From NCBI GenBank assembly GCA_963978095.1, contig CAXBQP010000013.1, positions 1 to 54,902 of the forward strand: a stretch of DNA of 54,902 bases. The letters run 5' to 3'. The position numbers and the translations under genes were made by a program. Shown in pieces: positions 18,947 through 30,515 of the stretch; position 1 is the first letter of the stretch; every line of letters begins with the position of its first letter. The stretch is from an uncultured bacterium (lineage in GTDB: Bacteria; Gemmatimonadota; Gemmatimonadetes; Gemmatimonadales; Gemmatimonadaceae). The notes under the pieces were generated by a model. The model was not told the origin of the DNA. It worked only from the letters and a program-made list of their open reading frames with translations, and made no database searches.

Positions 18947-19960
18947 ATGCTCGTGGTTCGTCATACCGCGACATCGGTCGTCACCATCGATCGCTTCATC
19001 ATCGAGCAGGAACGCCTGTATCCCTCGGCCTCGGGTGATCTCTCGAGCATCCTGTACGATCTCGTCGTTGCCGCGAAGATGATCTCCAACAAGGTGCGTT
19101 CCGCGGGGCTCGCGGACATCATCGGGGCCGTCGGCACGGAAAACGTCCAGGGGGAGGTACAGCAGAAGCTCGACCTCTTCGCCAACGACACCATCGTCAA
19201 GGCGATGGATCATGGCGGTCGGTTGTGCGCCATGGCGTCAGAGGAGGAAGCGGACATCATTCCGATTCCCCAAGGGTTCAAGACCGGCAAATATCTGCTG
19301 CTGTTCGATCCGCTCGATGGGTCGTCGAACATCGACGTCAATGTCCCGGTGGGGACGATTTTTTCCGTGCTCAAGAAGGAGGGCGAGCCGGGGCGCGGGA
19401 CGACCCGCGACATGTTGCAGCCCGGCTACAAGCAGGTCGCCGCGGGCTATGTGATCTACGGATCCAGCACCATGCTCGTGTACACCACCGGGCAGGGCGC
19501 GCACGGGTTCACCCTCGATCCCTCGATCGGGGAGTTTCTGCTCTCGCATCCCAACATCAAGACCCCGGAGCACGGCAAGTACCTCTCGGTGAACGATTCA
19601 TACGAGCAACATTGGGACGAGCCGGTGCGCGCGCTCATGCGCCGGTATCGCGGACTCGACGGCCGGCGTGAGGCGATGAACGTCCGGTATGTCGGGTCGA
19701 TGGTTGCCGATTTCCACCGCAACCTCCTCGGAGGCGGGCTGTTCGCCTACCCGGCGAACGCCAAGAGTCCCAAGGGCAAGCTCCGCCTGCTGTACGAGTG
19801 CAACCCCCTCGCGTTCATTTGCGAGCAGGCTGGCGGCGCCGCCACCGATGGCCACGTCCGCATCCTCGACGTACAGCCCACGGAACTCCACCAACGCACG
19901 CCGGTCTTCCTGGGAAGTCGTGGAGACGTGGCGATCGCGCAGGAGATGCTCGCGCGATAG
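18947..19960 (+). CDS. fbp: Fructose-1,6-bisphosphatase class 1
   Basis: [51 protein letters not shown]; start may be GTG 18953. Confidence 0.96.
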   Translation: MLVVRHTATSVVTIDRFIIEQERLYPSASGDLSSILYDLVVAAKMISNKVRSAGLADIIGAVGTENVQGEVQQKLDLFANDTIVKAMDHGGRLCAMASEEEADIIPIPQGFKTGKYLLLFDPLDGSSNIDVNVPVGTIFSVLKKEGEPGRGTTRDMLQPGYKQVAAGYVIYGSSTMLVYTTGQGAHGFTLDPSIGEFLLSHPNIKTPEHGKYLSVNDSYEQHWDEPVRALMRRYRGLDGRREAMNVRYVGSMVADFHRNLLGGGLFAYPANAKSPKGKLRLLYECNPLAFICEQAGGAATDGHVRILDVQPTELHQRTPVFLGSRGDVAIAQEMLAR

Positions 19961-19971
19961 TAGATTTCGGG

Positions 19972-21555
<1,584 letters not shown>

Positions 21556-21645
21556 GCAGGGTGTCCCCCACGCGAACGTCGATATCCACTCCCACTGGGG
21601 AGGGAAATCGGCTATATTCAGCGGCTGCATCTACTTAGCCCGCAT

Positions 21646-21990
21646 ATGCCGACTTACGAATACCGCTGCCCCGACGGGCACGATTTCAACAATTTCGTTC
21701 TGAAGATCAGCAACGCCGCCGCCGAGCTTCCGTGTCCGACCTGCGGCAAGCTCGCCGAGCGTCGTATCTCTGCCGGTGGAGGACTGCTGTTCAAGGGTTC
21801 CGGGTTCTACATCACGGACTACGGCAAAGATGGCAAGAAGGACCAGCGTCCCAAGCCGGGCTCCGCGACCAAGGTCGAGACGAGCACGTCGGGCAGCGGG
21901 TCCTCCGCGAGCGAGTCTGCTTCGTCCGGTGCGGCGTCGCCCGCGCCGGTCGCACCGTCGACACCCGCGCCGAAGAGCAGCGGCGAATGA
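21646..21990 (+). CDS. FmdB-family zinc-ribbon protein
   Basis: MPTYEYRC...CPTCG...FKGSGFYITDY followed by Ser/Ala/Pro-rich tail. Confidence 0.88.
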   Translation: MPTYEYRCPDGHDFNNFVLKISNAAAELPCPTCGKLAERRISAGGGLLFKGSGFYITDYGKDGKKDQRPKPGSATKVETSTSGSGSSASESASSGAASPAPVAPSTPAPKSSGE

Positions 21991-23630
21991 GCGGCGTGGA
22001 ACAGCTGCGCGCCGAGCTTCTGCGGTCGGCGCGTGCGCTGGGGGCGCCGGAGGGCGTCGCGCCGGTGTTGGAGCGGCCGCGCGACCCGTCGCACGGCGAC
22101 TGGGCCACGAACCTCGCGATGACGCTCAGCAAGGCGCTCGCGAAGAAGCCGTCCGATATTGCCCGGGCGCTGGTAGATGGGATGGACCTCGCCGCGGCCG
22201 GCGTCCGTGAGGCCGTGGTCGCCGGTCCCGGCTTCATCAACTTCCGCATCGATGCCGGCGCCCTCGCCTCGCAACTGCGCCGTGTGCTCGAGCAGGGCGC
22301 CGCGTACGGCGATTCGCAGGGTGGAGCGGGGAAGCCGGTGGTCGTCGAGTTCGTGAGTGCGAATCCCACGGGACCGTTGCACGTGGGCCATGGCCGCCAG
22401 GCGGCCCTCGGCGACGCGATCTCCACCATGCTGTCTCGCACGGGATGGCAGGTGTCGCGCGAGTTCTACTACAACGACGCCGGTGTGCAGATCGCGAACC
22501 TCGCGCTCTCGACGCAGGCCCGCTTGCGCGAACTCGCAGGCGATCCGCTCGAGATCCCCGAGGGGGGCTATCACGGGGAGTACATCGTGGAGATCGCGCG
22601 GGCCTACGCTGCCGACCACCCTCAGGACCCGCGCGGCGATGACCTGGACGCGGTGCGCGTCCATGCGGTCAAGGCGCTGCGACACGAGCAGGATCTCGAT
22701 CTGAAGGCCTTCGGGGTGCAGTTCGACGTGTACTTCCTCGAGTCGTCGCTCTACAGCGACGGCCAGGTGGACCGCACGGTCCGCGCCCTGCAGCAGGCTG
22801 GCGCGACCTTCGAAGAAGGGGAGGCGCTCTGGCTGCGCACCACGGCGTACGGCGACGACAAGGATCGCGTCATGCGCAAGCGGGACGGCACCTACACCTA
22901 TTTCGTGCCGGACGTCGCATACCACGTGAACAAATGGGGGCGCGGCTTCACCCGAGCGATCAACGTGCAGGGGGCGGATCACCACAGCACCGTCACCCGT
23001 GTGCGTGCCGGACTGCAGGCCCTCGGCGTGGGGATTCCCCACGGCTACCCCGAGTACGTGCTCCATCAGATGGTGACCGTGATGAAGGGGGGGGAGGAGA
23101 TGAAGATCTCCAAACGCGCCGGCAGCTACATCACGGTGCGCGATCTGATCGACGAAGTCGGCCGCGACGCCGTCCGCTACTTCCTGCTGATGCGGAAGGG
23201 CGACTCGCAACTCGTGTTCGACGTGGATCTCGCGCGGTCGCAGTCGGAGGACAACCCGGTGTACTACATCCAGATGGCCCATGCCCGTCTGTCGGGGATT
23301 TTCCGTGTCGGGGCGATCGCGGCCGATGCGGTCACGGGTGCAGGGGTCGACTGGGCGCTCCTGGACAGCCCCGAGGAGCGTGAACTCGTCAAGTCGCTGC
23401 TCGACTGGCCCCGATTGCTTGCCGGCGCGGCGGAGTCGACGGAGCCGCATCGCGTCGCGAACTATCTGCTGGAGACCGCCCGGTTGGTGCACACCTGGTA
23501 TCACAAGAATCATGTGCTCGGCGAGCCTGAGCCGGTGATGCAGGCACGGTTGGCGCTGGCGAAAGCCGCACGCCAGGTGTTGCAGAACGGGTTGTCCGTA
23601 CTCGGCATCACCGCACCAGACCGCATGTAG
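21987..23630 (+). CDS. argS: Arginine--tRNA ligase
   Basis: EFVSANPTGPLHVGHGR, YYNDAGVQ, GADHH, KISKRAG, NPVYYIQMAHAR, C-terminal APDRM. Confidence 0.96.
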   Translation: MSGVEQLRAELLRSARALGAPEGVAPVLERPRDPSHGDWATNLAMTLSKALAKKPSDIARALVDGMDLAAAGVREAVVAGPGFINFRIDAGALASQLRRVLEQGAAYGDSQGGAGKPVVVEFVSANPTGPLHVGHGRQAALGDAISTMLSRTGWQVSREFYYNDAGVQIANLALSTQARLRELAGDPLEIPEGGYHGEYIVEIARAYAADHPQDPRGDDLDAVRVHAVKALRHEQDLDLKAFGVQFDVYFLESSLYSDGQVDRTVRALQQAGATFEEGEALWLRTTAYGDDKDRVMRKRDGTYTYFVPDVAYHVNKWGRGFTRAINVQGADHHSTVTRVRAGLQALGVGIPHGYPEYVLHQMVTVMKGGEEMKISKRAGSYITVRDLIDEVGRDAVRYFLLMRKGDSQLVFDVDLARSQSEDNPVYYIQMAHARLSGIFRVGAIAADAVTGAGVDWALLDSPEERELVKSLLDWPRLLAGAAESTEPHRVANYLLETARLVHTWYHKNHVLGEPEPVMQARLALAKAARQVLQNGLSVLGITAPDRM

Positions 23631-23691
23631 TGGTACCCGTGGGGCGGCAGGCGACGCCCCTTCACTTCCGGCGTGGACAGGATCCGATCTC

Positions 23692-24609
23692 ATGAGCGTT
23701 CTCGTGGTGGGCAGCGTTGCCCTTGATTCGGTGGAGACTCCGTTCGGCAAGGCGGAGGATGTCATCGGTGGCTCGGCCACCTACTTCTCGGCGAGCGCCA
23801 GCCATCAGACCCCGGTGCAGCTCGTGGGCATCGTGGGGGGGGATTACCCCATCGAGAAGTTGCAGCCGCTCACCGCGCGCGGCGTCGACCTCGCCGGACT
23901 GGAGAGGGCCGACGGAGAGTCGTTCCGCTGGCGCGGCCGCTACCGGCACGACCTCAACTCGGCCGAGACGCTCGAAACGCGACTCGGCGTGTTCTCGCAT
24001 TTCCGTCCGAAGATCCCCGCGCAGTTCCGTACGGCCAAGTACGTGTTCCTCGGGAACATCGATCCGCGCCTCCAGCTCGATGTGTTGCGTCAGGTCGAGA
24101 AGCCGAAGTTGGTGGCGTGCGACACCATGAATTTCTGGATCGAGAGCCGCCGTGAGGACTTGCTCACGCTGCTCAAGCAGGTGGATCTGATCACGCTGAA
24201 CGATGGCGAGGCCCGTCAGCTCACGGAGAAGGCGAACCTGGTGCAGGCCGCGCGTTGGATCCTCGACCGGGGGCCGCACACCGTCGTCATCAAGAAGGGC
24301 GAACACGGCGCGTTCATGTTCACCCGGTCGACGGTCTTCTTCGCTCCGGCGTATCCGCTCGAGTCGGTGTTTGATCCCACCGGCGCGGGGGATTCGTTCG
24401 CCGGCGGGTTCATGGGCTATCTGGCACGCACGGATGACCTGAGCGAAGCAAGCCTGCGTCGCGCGGTGATCCACGGGTCGGCGATGGGGTCCTTCGTGGT
24501 CGAAGGGTTCTCGATCACCCGCCTGTTGGAGATCACGCGCACGGACATCGACGCCCGTGTGGCGGATTTCCACCGGCTCGTGAGCTTCGACGCGAAGTTG
24601 CCGGACTGA
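23692..24609 (+). CDS. PfkB-family carbohydrate/nucleoside kinase
   Basis: VVGSVALD, GGSATYFS, DTMNFWI, KKGEHGA, DPTGAGDSFAGGF. Confidence 0.9.
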   Translation: MSVLVVGSVALDSVETPFGKAEDVIGGSATYFSASASHQTPVQLVGIVGGDYPIEKLQPLTARGVDLAGLERADGESFRWRGRYRHDLNSAETLETRLGVFSHFRPKIPAQFRTAKYVFLGNIDPRLQLDVLRQVEKPKLVACDTMNFWIESRREDLLTLLKQVDLITLNDGEARQLTEKANLVQAARWILDRGPHTVVIKKGEHGAFMFTRSTVFFAPAYPLESVFDPTGAGDSFAGGFMGYLARTDDLSEASLRRAVIHGSAMGSFVVEGFSITRLLEITRTDIDARVADFHRLVSFDAKLPD

Positions 24610-25646
24610 TGGGATCGCTCGATTATCGCAGCGCGGGCGTGGACATCGACGCCGCGGAGGACTCGAAGCATCGGATCCGCCGCCATGTCGAGTCCACCTA
24701 CACCGCCGGTGCCACCGGAACGTTCGGCGGGTTCGGCGGCATGTTCCGGATGCCGGCGGCGTCGGGGAGCGGGCAGCTGCTCGTCTCCAGCGCGGATGGT
24801 GTCGGGACGAAGATCAAGGTGGCCATCGAGGCCGATCGACACGACACGGTGGGCCACTGCCTCGTGAATCACTGCACCAACGACATTCTGGTGCAGGGCG
24901 CGCTGCCACTCTTCTTCTTGGACTACGTGGCCTTCGGCGCGCTCGTGCCGGCGACCGTGGAGGCGATCGTTGCGGGTGTCGCGGCGGGCTGTCGCGAAAA
25001 TGGTGCCGCGCTCATGGGCGGTGAGACGGCGGAAATGCCCGGGTTGTACACGCCCCCCGACTACGATTTGGCCGGGTTCATCGTCGGCGCGGTGGAGGAG
25101 TCCCGGGTTTTGGGGGCGTCGCGCGTACGGACGGGCGACGTATTGATCGGGCTCGCGAGTTCCGGGCTGCACACCAATGGCTATTCACTCGCCCGCCGGA
25201 TCGTCGCCGAACGACTCAAGCTCGGGGTGCATGACCCGTTCCCGGGCGAAGCGGGCAGCGTCGCCGATGTGCTGTTGCGGGTCCATCGCTCGTATCTCGC
25301 CGTCATGAAGCCCGTGCTCGACCAGGTGCACGCGATGGCGCACATCACGGGCGGCGGGTTGCCCGGGAACCTGGACCGTGTGCTGCCGCCGAACATGGAC
25401 GCCGCGGTCGACACCGGCACGTGGACGGTGCCGAACACCTTCGCCGTGCTGGAAGAGGCCGGCGAAGTGGCACGCGCGGAGATGTTCCGCGCGTTCAACA
25501 TGGGCGTGGGCATGGTGGTGATCACGGATGCGGACGGCGCGGCGTCGGTGTGCCGCAGTGCCTCGGCGCAGGGGGTGGCGGCGTGGGAGATGGGACGCGT
25601 GGTACCGGGAAGCGGGACGGTCAAACTCACGGGAGACAACACATGA
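24609..25646 (+). CDS. purM: Phosphoribosylformylglycinamidine cyclo-ligase (AIR synthetase)
   Basis: YRSAGVDI, GGFGG, DGVGTK, GGETAEMPG, SSGLHTNGYSL, HITGGG, FNMGVGM. Confidence 0.96.
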   Translation: MGSLDYRSAGVDIDAAEDSKHRIRRHVESTYTAGATGTFGGFGGMFRMPAASGSGQLLVSSADGVGTKIKVAIEADRHDTVGHCLVNHCTNDILVQGALPLFFLDYVAFGALVPATVEAIVAGVAAGCRENGAALMGGETAEMPGLYTPPDYDLAGFIVGAVEESRVLGASRVRTGDVLIGLASSGLHTNGYSLARRIVAERLKLGVHDPFPGEAGSVADVLLRVHRSYLAVMKPVLDQVHAMAHITGGGLPGNLDRVLPPNMDAAVDTGTWTVPNTFAVLEEAGEVARAEMFRAFNMGVGMVVITDADGAASVCRSASAQGVAAWEMGRVVPGSGTVKLTGDNT

Positions 25647-26632
25647 ACACGTTTCGTTGCGTGATCGCCACGATGCTGCTCGCGATGGCCAGCAGCGTCG
25701 CGAACGCCCAGTGCACGGGCTCGACGATCGTCGCGGACGCCTGCACGAAAGTCACGGATCTGTTGAACTATGCGACGCCACAGTTCTCCACCGCATTGGC
25801 GGGAGGGAGCGCGACCATGGGGCAGGGCGGCACCTTGGCAGGGCTGGGCCACGTTGCGGTCAGCGTGCGCGCCACCGCGGTGGTCGGCGCAATGCCCAAG
25901 TTCAACGGGACGGCCTTCAATACGGGCGGCGCGGTCCCGACGTCGTTCAGCAGCGAGAATGTGCCGGTCCCGATGCTCACGGCCGATGCCGCGATCGGGA
26001 TCTACCGCGGCATCTCCCTCGGCGTCACCCATGTTGGCGGCGTGGATGCGCTGGTGAGCGCCACGTACTTGCCGAACGTGAACGGCGGCGACATGAAGAT
26101 GACCGTCACCGGCAGCAACATGAAGTTCGGCTACGGCGTGCGCGTGGGAATCCTGGAGGAATCACTGCTCGCACCGGGGGTGGCCATCTCGTTCATCCAG
26201 CGCGACCTGCCCACATTCAGCATCTCCGGCGCCAGCAACGTTGCGGCGGCAGGCGCCAACGCTCCGGGGACGTTCGCGTTGAACGATTTCACCCTGCAGA
26301 CCTCGGCAATCCGCCTGACGGCGTCGAAGAGTTTCCTGATCTTCGCGCTGAACGCGGGTATCGGTCAGGACACCTACAAGGGCAGTTCGAATCTGCGGGT
26401 CACGGTGACACCGGCGGTTGGAGGGGCGCAGGCGGGTGCCGGTTCGACTTCCATGTCAATGACGCGCACCAACATGTTCGTCGGGACGCAGATCAACCTC
26501 TTCCTCTTCAAGATCGTCGGCGAGCTCGGTCAGGTCACCGGCGGCAGTACCCCGGCGCTCAAGAACAACTTCGGCGCTGCGGCCGACAAGTCGCGCAACT
26601 ATGCGTCCGTCGGCGTGCGCTTCGCGCTCTGA
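25643..26632 (+). CDS. Hypothetical exported protein, probable outer-membrane beta-barrel
   Basis: Signal peptide (ANA-Q); amphipathic strands; C-terminal YASVGVRFAL; ATGA overlap with purM. Confidence 0.7.
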   Translation: MNTFRCVIATMLLAMASSVANAQCTGSTIVADACTKVTDLLNYATPQFSTALAGGSATMGQGGTLAGLGHVAVSVRATAVVGAMPKFNGTAFNTGGAVPTSFSSENVPVPMLTADAAIGIYRGISLGVTHVGGVDALVSATYLPNVNGGDMKMTVTGSNMKFGYGVRVGILEESLLAPGVAISFIQRDLPTFSISGASNVAAAGANAPGTFALNDFTLQTSAIRLTASKSFLIFALNAGIGQDTYKGSSNLRVTVTPAVGGAQAGAGSTSMSMTRTNMFVGTQINLFLFKIVGELGQVTGGSTPALKNNFGAAADKSRNYASVGVRFAL

Positions 26633-26635
26633 CGC

Positions 26636-27736
26636 GTGCGCCACATCGAGGGAGCGGTCGCCACGCTCGCGTCGCAGGAGCGCGCGTGGATGCGCCGAGC
26701 CCTAAGTCTCGCCCACACGGGTTGGGGACAGACGGCGCCGAACCCCCTGGTCGGCGCCGTCATCGTACGCGACGGTGTGGTGGTCGGTGAGGGGGCCCAC
26801 CAGCGCTTCGGGGGACCGCACGCCGAGGTAGCCGCGTTGGCCATGGCGGGGACGCGCGCGCGTGCCGCCACCCTTTTCGTGACGCTCGAGCCGTGCAACC
26901 ACCACGGCAAGACGCCGCCGTGCGTCGATGCGCTCGTGGCGGCCGGCGTGGCGCGGGTGGTGGTCGCGATGCGCGATCCGAATCCCGTGGCTTCTGGCGG
27001 TGCTGATCGATTGCGGGCCGCAGGGATCACCGTGGAGTTCGGCCTCCTTGAGCAGGCGGCGCGTGATCTCAATGCCCCGTTCGCATTCGCGGCGCTTGGC
27101 GCGCGACGACCGTGGGTCACCTTGAAGCTCGCGCTGGACGCTGACGGCGCGATGGCGCCGGCGGATCGCTCGCAACAGTGGCTCACCGGTGCGGAGTCGC
27201 GGGCGTGGGTGCACCGACTCCGTGCGGGCAGCGATGCCGTGGCCGTCGGCATCGGGACGGTCCTGGCCGACGACCCCCGACTCACGGTGCGAGACGGCGA
27301 CGCCCCCCGCGTTCCGCCGCGCCGGGTGGTCTTTGACCGCCGCGCCCGCCTGCCGCAGACGAGCGTGCTCGCGCGCACGGCGACCGAGATCCCGGTTTCC
27401 GTCTTGGCCGCCCGACCGGACGGGCCGAGTCGGCAGGCGTTGGCCGCGCTGGGGGTGGACTGCGTGGTCGCCGACGGGCTGTCTGCTCAGCTCGGTCAGC
27501 TTCACGAATCCCACGGGACTCGCGCCCTGTTCGTCGAGGGGGGGCTGACGATTGCCGATGCCCTCTGGCAGGCCAATCTTGTCGATCGTCTCATTATCTT
27601 TCAGGCATCGGTCCGGCTCGGTCCGGACGCGCTCCGCCCGTTCGGCGGGGTGCGCCCGTATGAGGCGTCCCGCATCGTCGCCCAGCGGCGTCTCGGTCCG
27701 GATCTGATGACCGAATACGCCATACACGACCCGTAA
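26636..27736 (+). CDS. ribD: Bifunctional riboflavin deaminase/reductase RibD
   Basis: PNPLVGAVIV, HAE, TLEPCNHHGKTPPC, VGIGTVLADDPRLTVR, VEGG. Confidence 0.94.
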   Translation: MRHIEGAVATLASQERAWMRRALSLAHTGWGQTAPNPLVGAVIVRDGVVVGEGAHQRFGGPHAEVAALAMAGTRARAATLFVTLEPCNHHGKTPPCVDALVAAGVARVVVAMRDPNPVASGGADRLRAAGITVEFGLLEQAARDLNAPFAFAALGARRPWVTLKLALDADGAMAPADRSQQWLTGAESRAWVHRLRAGSDAVAVGIGTVLADDPRLTVRDGDAPRVPPRRVVFDRRARLPQTSVLARTATEIPVSVLAARPDGPSRQALAALGVDCVVADGLSAQLGQLHESHGTRALFVEGGLTIADALWQANLVDRLIIFQASVRLGPDALRPFGGVRPYEASRIVAQRRLGPDLMTEYAIHDP

Positions 27737-27754
27737 CCTCTGCTGTTTCTCACC

Positions 27755-28369
27755 ATGTTCACTGGCCTCATCACCGCCATCGGCACGATCGACCGCGTTC
27801 GGGAAACCGACGCCGGTCGCGAGTTCCGCGTGCGCTGTGGCTACACGGGCCTCGTCGACGGCGAGTCGATCGCGCTCAATGGTGCCTGCCTGACGGTACG
27901 CGAACATGGGGACGGTTGGTTCACGGTCGCGGCGATCGTGACGACGCTTGAGCGCACGACGATGGCCGCGTGGCAGGAGGGTCGACAGCTCAATCTCGAG
28001 CGCGCCTTGGCGCTCGGCGATCGGCTCGGCGGTCACATCGTGCAGGGGCATGTCGACCACCTGGGTACCGTCTGCGCGATCGCGAGGCGGGCTGACGCGC
28101 TCGTCGTCGACGTGACGATTCCGGCCCCCTTGGAGCCCCTGCTCGTCCCGCAGGGCTCCATCACCGTTGATGGCGTCAGTTTGACCGTGAACGCTCTGCC
28201 CGCTCCCGGTGTTCTTCAGTTGTCGCTCATCGAGTTCACGTGGCGTCACACGACGCTGGGCGCGCTCGCGGTGGGTGATCGCGTGCATCTCGAGGCGGAC
28301 GTCATCGCCAAGCATGTGCATCGGCTCGTGGCCCCATATGTAGGGTCCGTGGGCGGCACTTCCACCTGA
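27755..28369 (+). CDS. ribE: Riboflavin synthase
   Basis: N-terminal [48 protein letters not shown]. Confidence 0.95.
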   Translation: MFTGLITAIGTIDRVRETDAGREFRVRCGYTGLVDGESIALNGACLTVREHGDGWFTVAAIVTTLERTTMAAWQEGRQLNLERALALGDRLGGHIVQGHVDHLGTVCAIARRADALVVDVTIPAPLEPLLVPQGSITVDGVSLTVNALPAPGVLQLSLIEFTWRHTTLGALAVGDRVHLEADVIAKHVHRLVAPYVGSVGGTST

Positions 28370-28396
28370 TTCACGAGGACGGGCTGAAAGGCCCGT

Positions 28397-29608
28397 ATGC
28401 AGCATATGGCATTCGGAACGATCGAGCAGGCACTCGAGGACCTACGCGCGGGGAAGTTTCTCGTCGTGGCGGACGATGAGGATCGCGAGAACGAAGGGGA
28501 TCTCATCGGGGCGGCCGAGTTCATCACGGCCGAGAAGGTCAACTTTCTCATGGGCGCCAAGGGCATGATCTGTCTGGCCCTCAGCCCCGAGAAGGTGCAG
28601 CAGCTCGACCTGCAGCCGATGGGAACGGAGAACACGGAGGCGATGCGTACCGCCTTCACCGTCACGATTGACGCGGCGCCACGGTTCGGGGTGACGACCG
28701 GTATCAGTGCCGGCGATCAGGCGGCGACGATCCGCGCCGCGGTCGATCCGCAAGCGGTCCCGCACGACCTGCGTCGTCCGGGGCACGTGCACCCGCTCCG
28801 CGCCCGCGAAGGCGGCGTGCTGCAGCGTGTCGGGCACACGGAAGCGGCGGTCGACCTGATGCGCTTGGCGGGGCTGCAACCCGCCGGGGTGATTTGTGAG
28901 ATCCTCAATGCGGACGGCACCACCGCCAAGCGTCCGGAGCTCGATGTCTTTGCGCAGACGCACGGGTTGACCTTCATCACCGTGGCGCAGTTGGTGGCCT
29001 TTCGCCTCCGGCACGAGCGGTTGGTGCATCGCGTCGCGGAAGCGCGCCTCCCCACCGAGTTTGGGGAGTTCACCGTCATCGGCTACCGGAATGATGTGGA
29101 CTCGCGCGAGCATCTCGCCCTCGTGTACGGAGACGTCCACGGGAAGGAACGCGTGCTCGCCCGCATGCATTCCAAGTGCCTCACGGGCGACGTCTTCCAC
29201 TCGCAGCGATGCGACTGTGGATGGCAGTTGCACACCGCGATGGAGATGGTCGCCACGGAAGGACACGGCGTGATCGTCTACCTCGATCAGGAGGGGCGCG
29301 GGATCGGGCTGCTCAACAAGCTCAAGGCGTACGAGTTGCAGGACCGCGGCGCGGATACGGTGGAAGCGAACGAGAAGCTCGGCTTTGCGCCCGACCTCCG
29401 CAACTACGGCATCGGAGCCCAGATTCTGCTCGACCTGGGCCTCACCTCGATCCGCCCGATCACCAACAATCCGAAGAAGCTCGTGGGGCTCGAGGGGTAC
29501 GGCCTCAAGGTCGAGGACCGGGTGCCATTGCTGGCCCCGGAGTCGGCGGAGAACTCCGGGTATCTCGAGACCAAGCGACGCAAGATGGGTCACCTGAGGG
29601 CACTGTAG
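28397..29608 (+). CDS. ribBA: Bifunctional DHBP synthase / GTP cyclohydrolase II
   Basis: [32 protein letters not shown]...[18 protein letters not shown]; start may be ATG 28406. Confidence 0.96.
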   Translation: MQHMAFGTIEQALEDLRAGKFLVVADDEDRENEGDLIGAAEFITAEKVNFLMGAKGMICLALSPEKVQQLDLQPMGTENTEAMRTAFTVTIDAAPRFGVTTGISAGDQAATIRAAVDPQAVPHDLRRPGHVHPLRAREGGVLQRVGHTEAAVDLMRLAGLQPAGVICEILNADGTTAKRPELDVFAQTHGLTFITVAQLVAFRLRHERLVHRVAEARLPTEFGEFTVIGYRNDVDSREHLALVYGDVHGKERVLARMHSKCLTGDVFHSQRCDCGWQLHTAMEMVATEGHGVIVYLDQEGRGIGLLNKLKAYELQDRGADTVEANEKLGFAPDLRNYGIGAQILLDLGLTSIRPITNNPKKLVGLEGYGLKVEDRVPLLAPESAENSGYLETKRRKMGHLRAL

Positions 29609-30112
29609 ATGGCCGAGTTCACCGGGATCCCTGACGGCAACTTCAAGCGGTTCGCCGTCGTCGGCAGCCGATTCAACGAGACGGTGACGCGCGCGCTGGT
29701 CGACGGTGCGCTCGATTGCCTGGTGCGGCACGGGGCCGCGGTCGAGGAGGTGGACGTCATCTGGGTGCCGGGTGCCTGGGAGCTCCCCGCCGCAGCGGCA
29801 CGGCTGGCCGCCAGCGATCGCTACGCGGCGATCGTGGCGTGTGGTGCGGTCGTGCGCGGTGACACGCCGCACTTCGACTTCATCTCCGCGGAAGCCACAC
29901 GCGGCCTCGGGGCGGTCCAGCACGACTACAACGTGCCGGTCGGGTTCGGTCTGCTGACCACGGATACGTTGTCGCAAGCCGAGGCGCGCGCGGGCGGGGC
30001 GCATGGCAACAAGGGATGGGATGCCGCGCTTGCGGCGCTGGAGATGGCTGACCTGTTCGCGCGTCTCGACGTCGTGAGCCCGGACGAGGAGGACGATGGC
30101 AGCGCGCATTGA
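29609..30112 (+). CDS. ribH: 6,7-dimethyl-8-ribityllumazine synthase
   Basis: SRFN, VPGAWELP, GAVVRGDTPHFDFI, FGLLT, NKGWDAA. Confidence 0.95.
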   Translation: MAEFTGIPDGNFKRFAVVGSRFNETVTRALVDGALDCLVRHGAAVEEVDVIWVPGAWELPAAAARLAASDRYAAIVACGAVVRGDTPHFDFISAEATRGLGAVQHDYNVPVGFGLLTTDTLSQAEARAGGAHGNKGWDAALAALEMADLFARLDVVSPDEEDDGSAH

Positions 30113-30515
30113 ATCGAAGGGGCGTTCGCGGGCGCTACAGGCCCTCTATGCCTGGGACATGCGCAAGGACGACGAACTGGGACGCGTGTCCCAGCTGATC
30201 TGGGACGACCTCGACGTCGCCCCGGAGGAGCGCGAATTCGCCGGCAAGTTGCTCCGGATCATTCTCGCCAGCGGTGCGGCGCTCGACGCGGAGCTCGCCG
30301 AGGTCACGACCAACTGGCGGATCGAGCGGCTTGGCGCGATCGAACGGTGTCTGCTGCGACTGGGGGCCGCGGAGTTGGAGCAGGGGCTCACCCCGCCGCG
30401 TGTGGTGATCCAGGAGTGCGTGCGGCTCGGCGAACGCTACGGGAGCGCGACGAGTGCTCGGTTCGTGAATGGGGTGCTCGACGCGCTCGCGCGCCGCATG
30501 GGTCGCTTGGATTGA
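30096..30515 (+). CDS. nusB: Transcription antitermination factor NusB
   Basis: RALQALY, NWRIERL..IER.LLRL, FVNGVLD; canonical position after ribH. Confidence 0.93.
   Translation: MAARIESKGRSRALQALYAWDMRKDDELGRVSQLIWDDLDVAPEEREFAGKLLRIILASGAALDAELAEVTTNWRIERLGAIERCLLRLGAAELEQGLTPPRVVIQECVRLGERYGSATSARFVNGVLDALARRMGRLD

Noticed and set aside
23631..23646. GG-N10-GC matches before pfkB and before the DmpA gene (about 53472)
   Set aside because: They lack the TTGC/CTGC -12 context and are expected by chance at this GC content
26600..26640. FMN riboswitch before ribD
   Set aside because: Only 3 bp intergenic and no RFN motifs
28700..29200. RibBA motif deviations (SAGDQA, HSKC) as inactivation
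   Set aside because: Main catalytic and zinc-binding residues are still present
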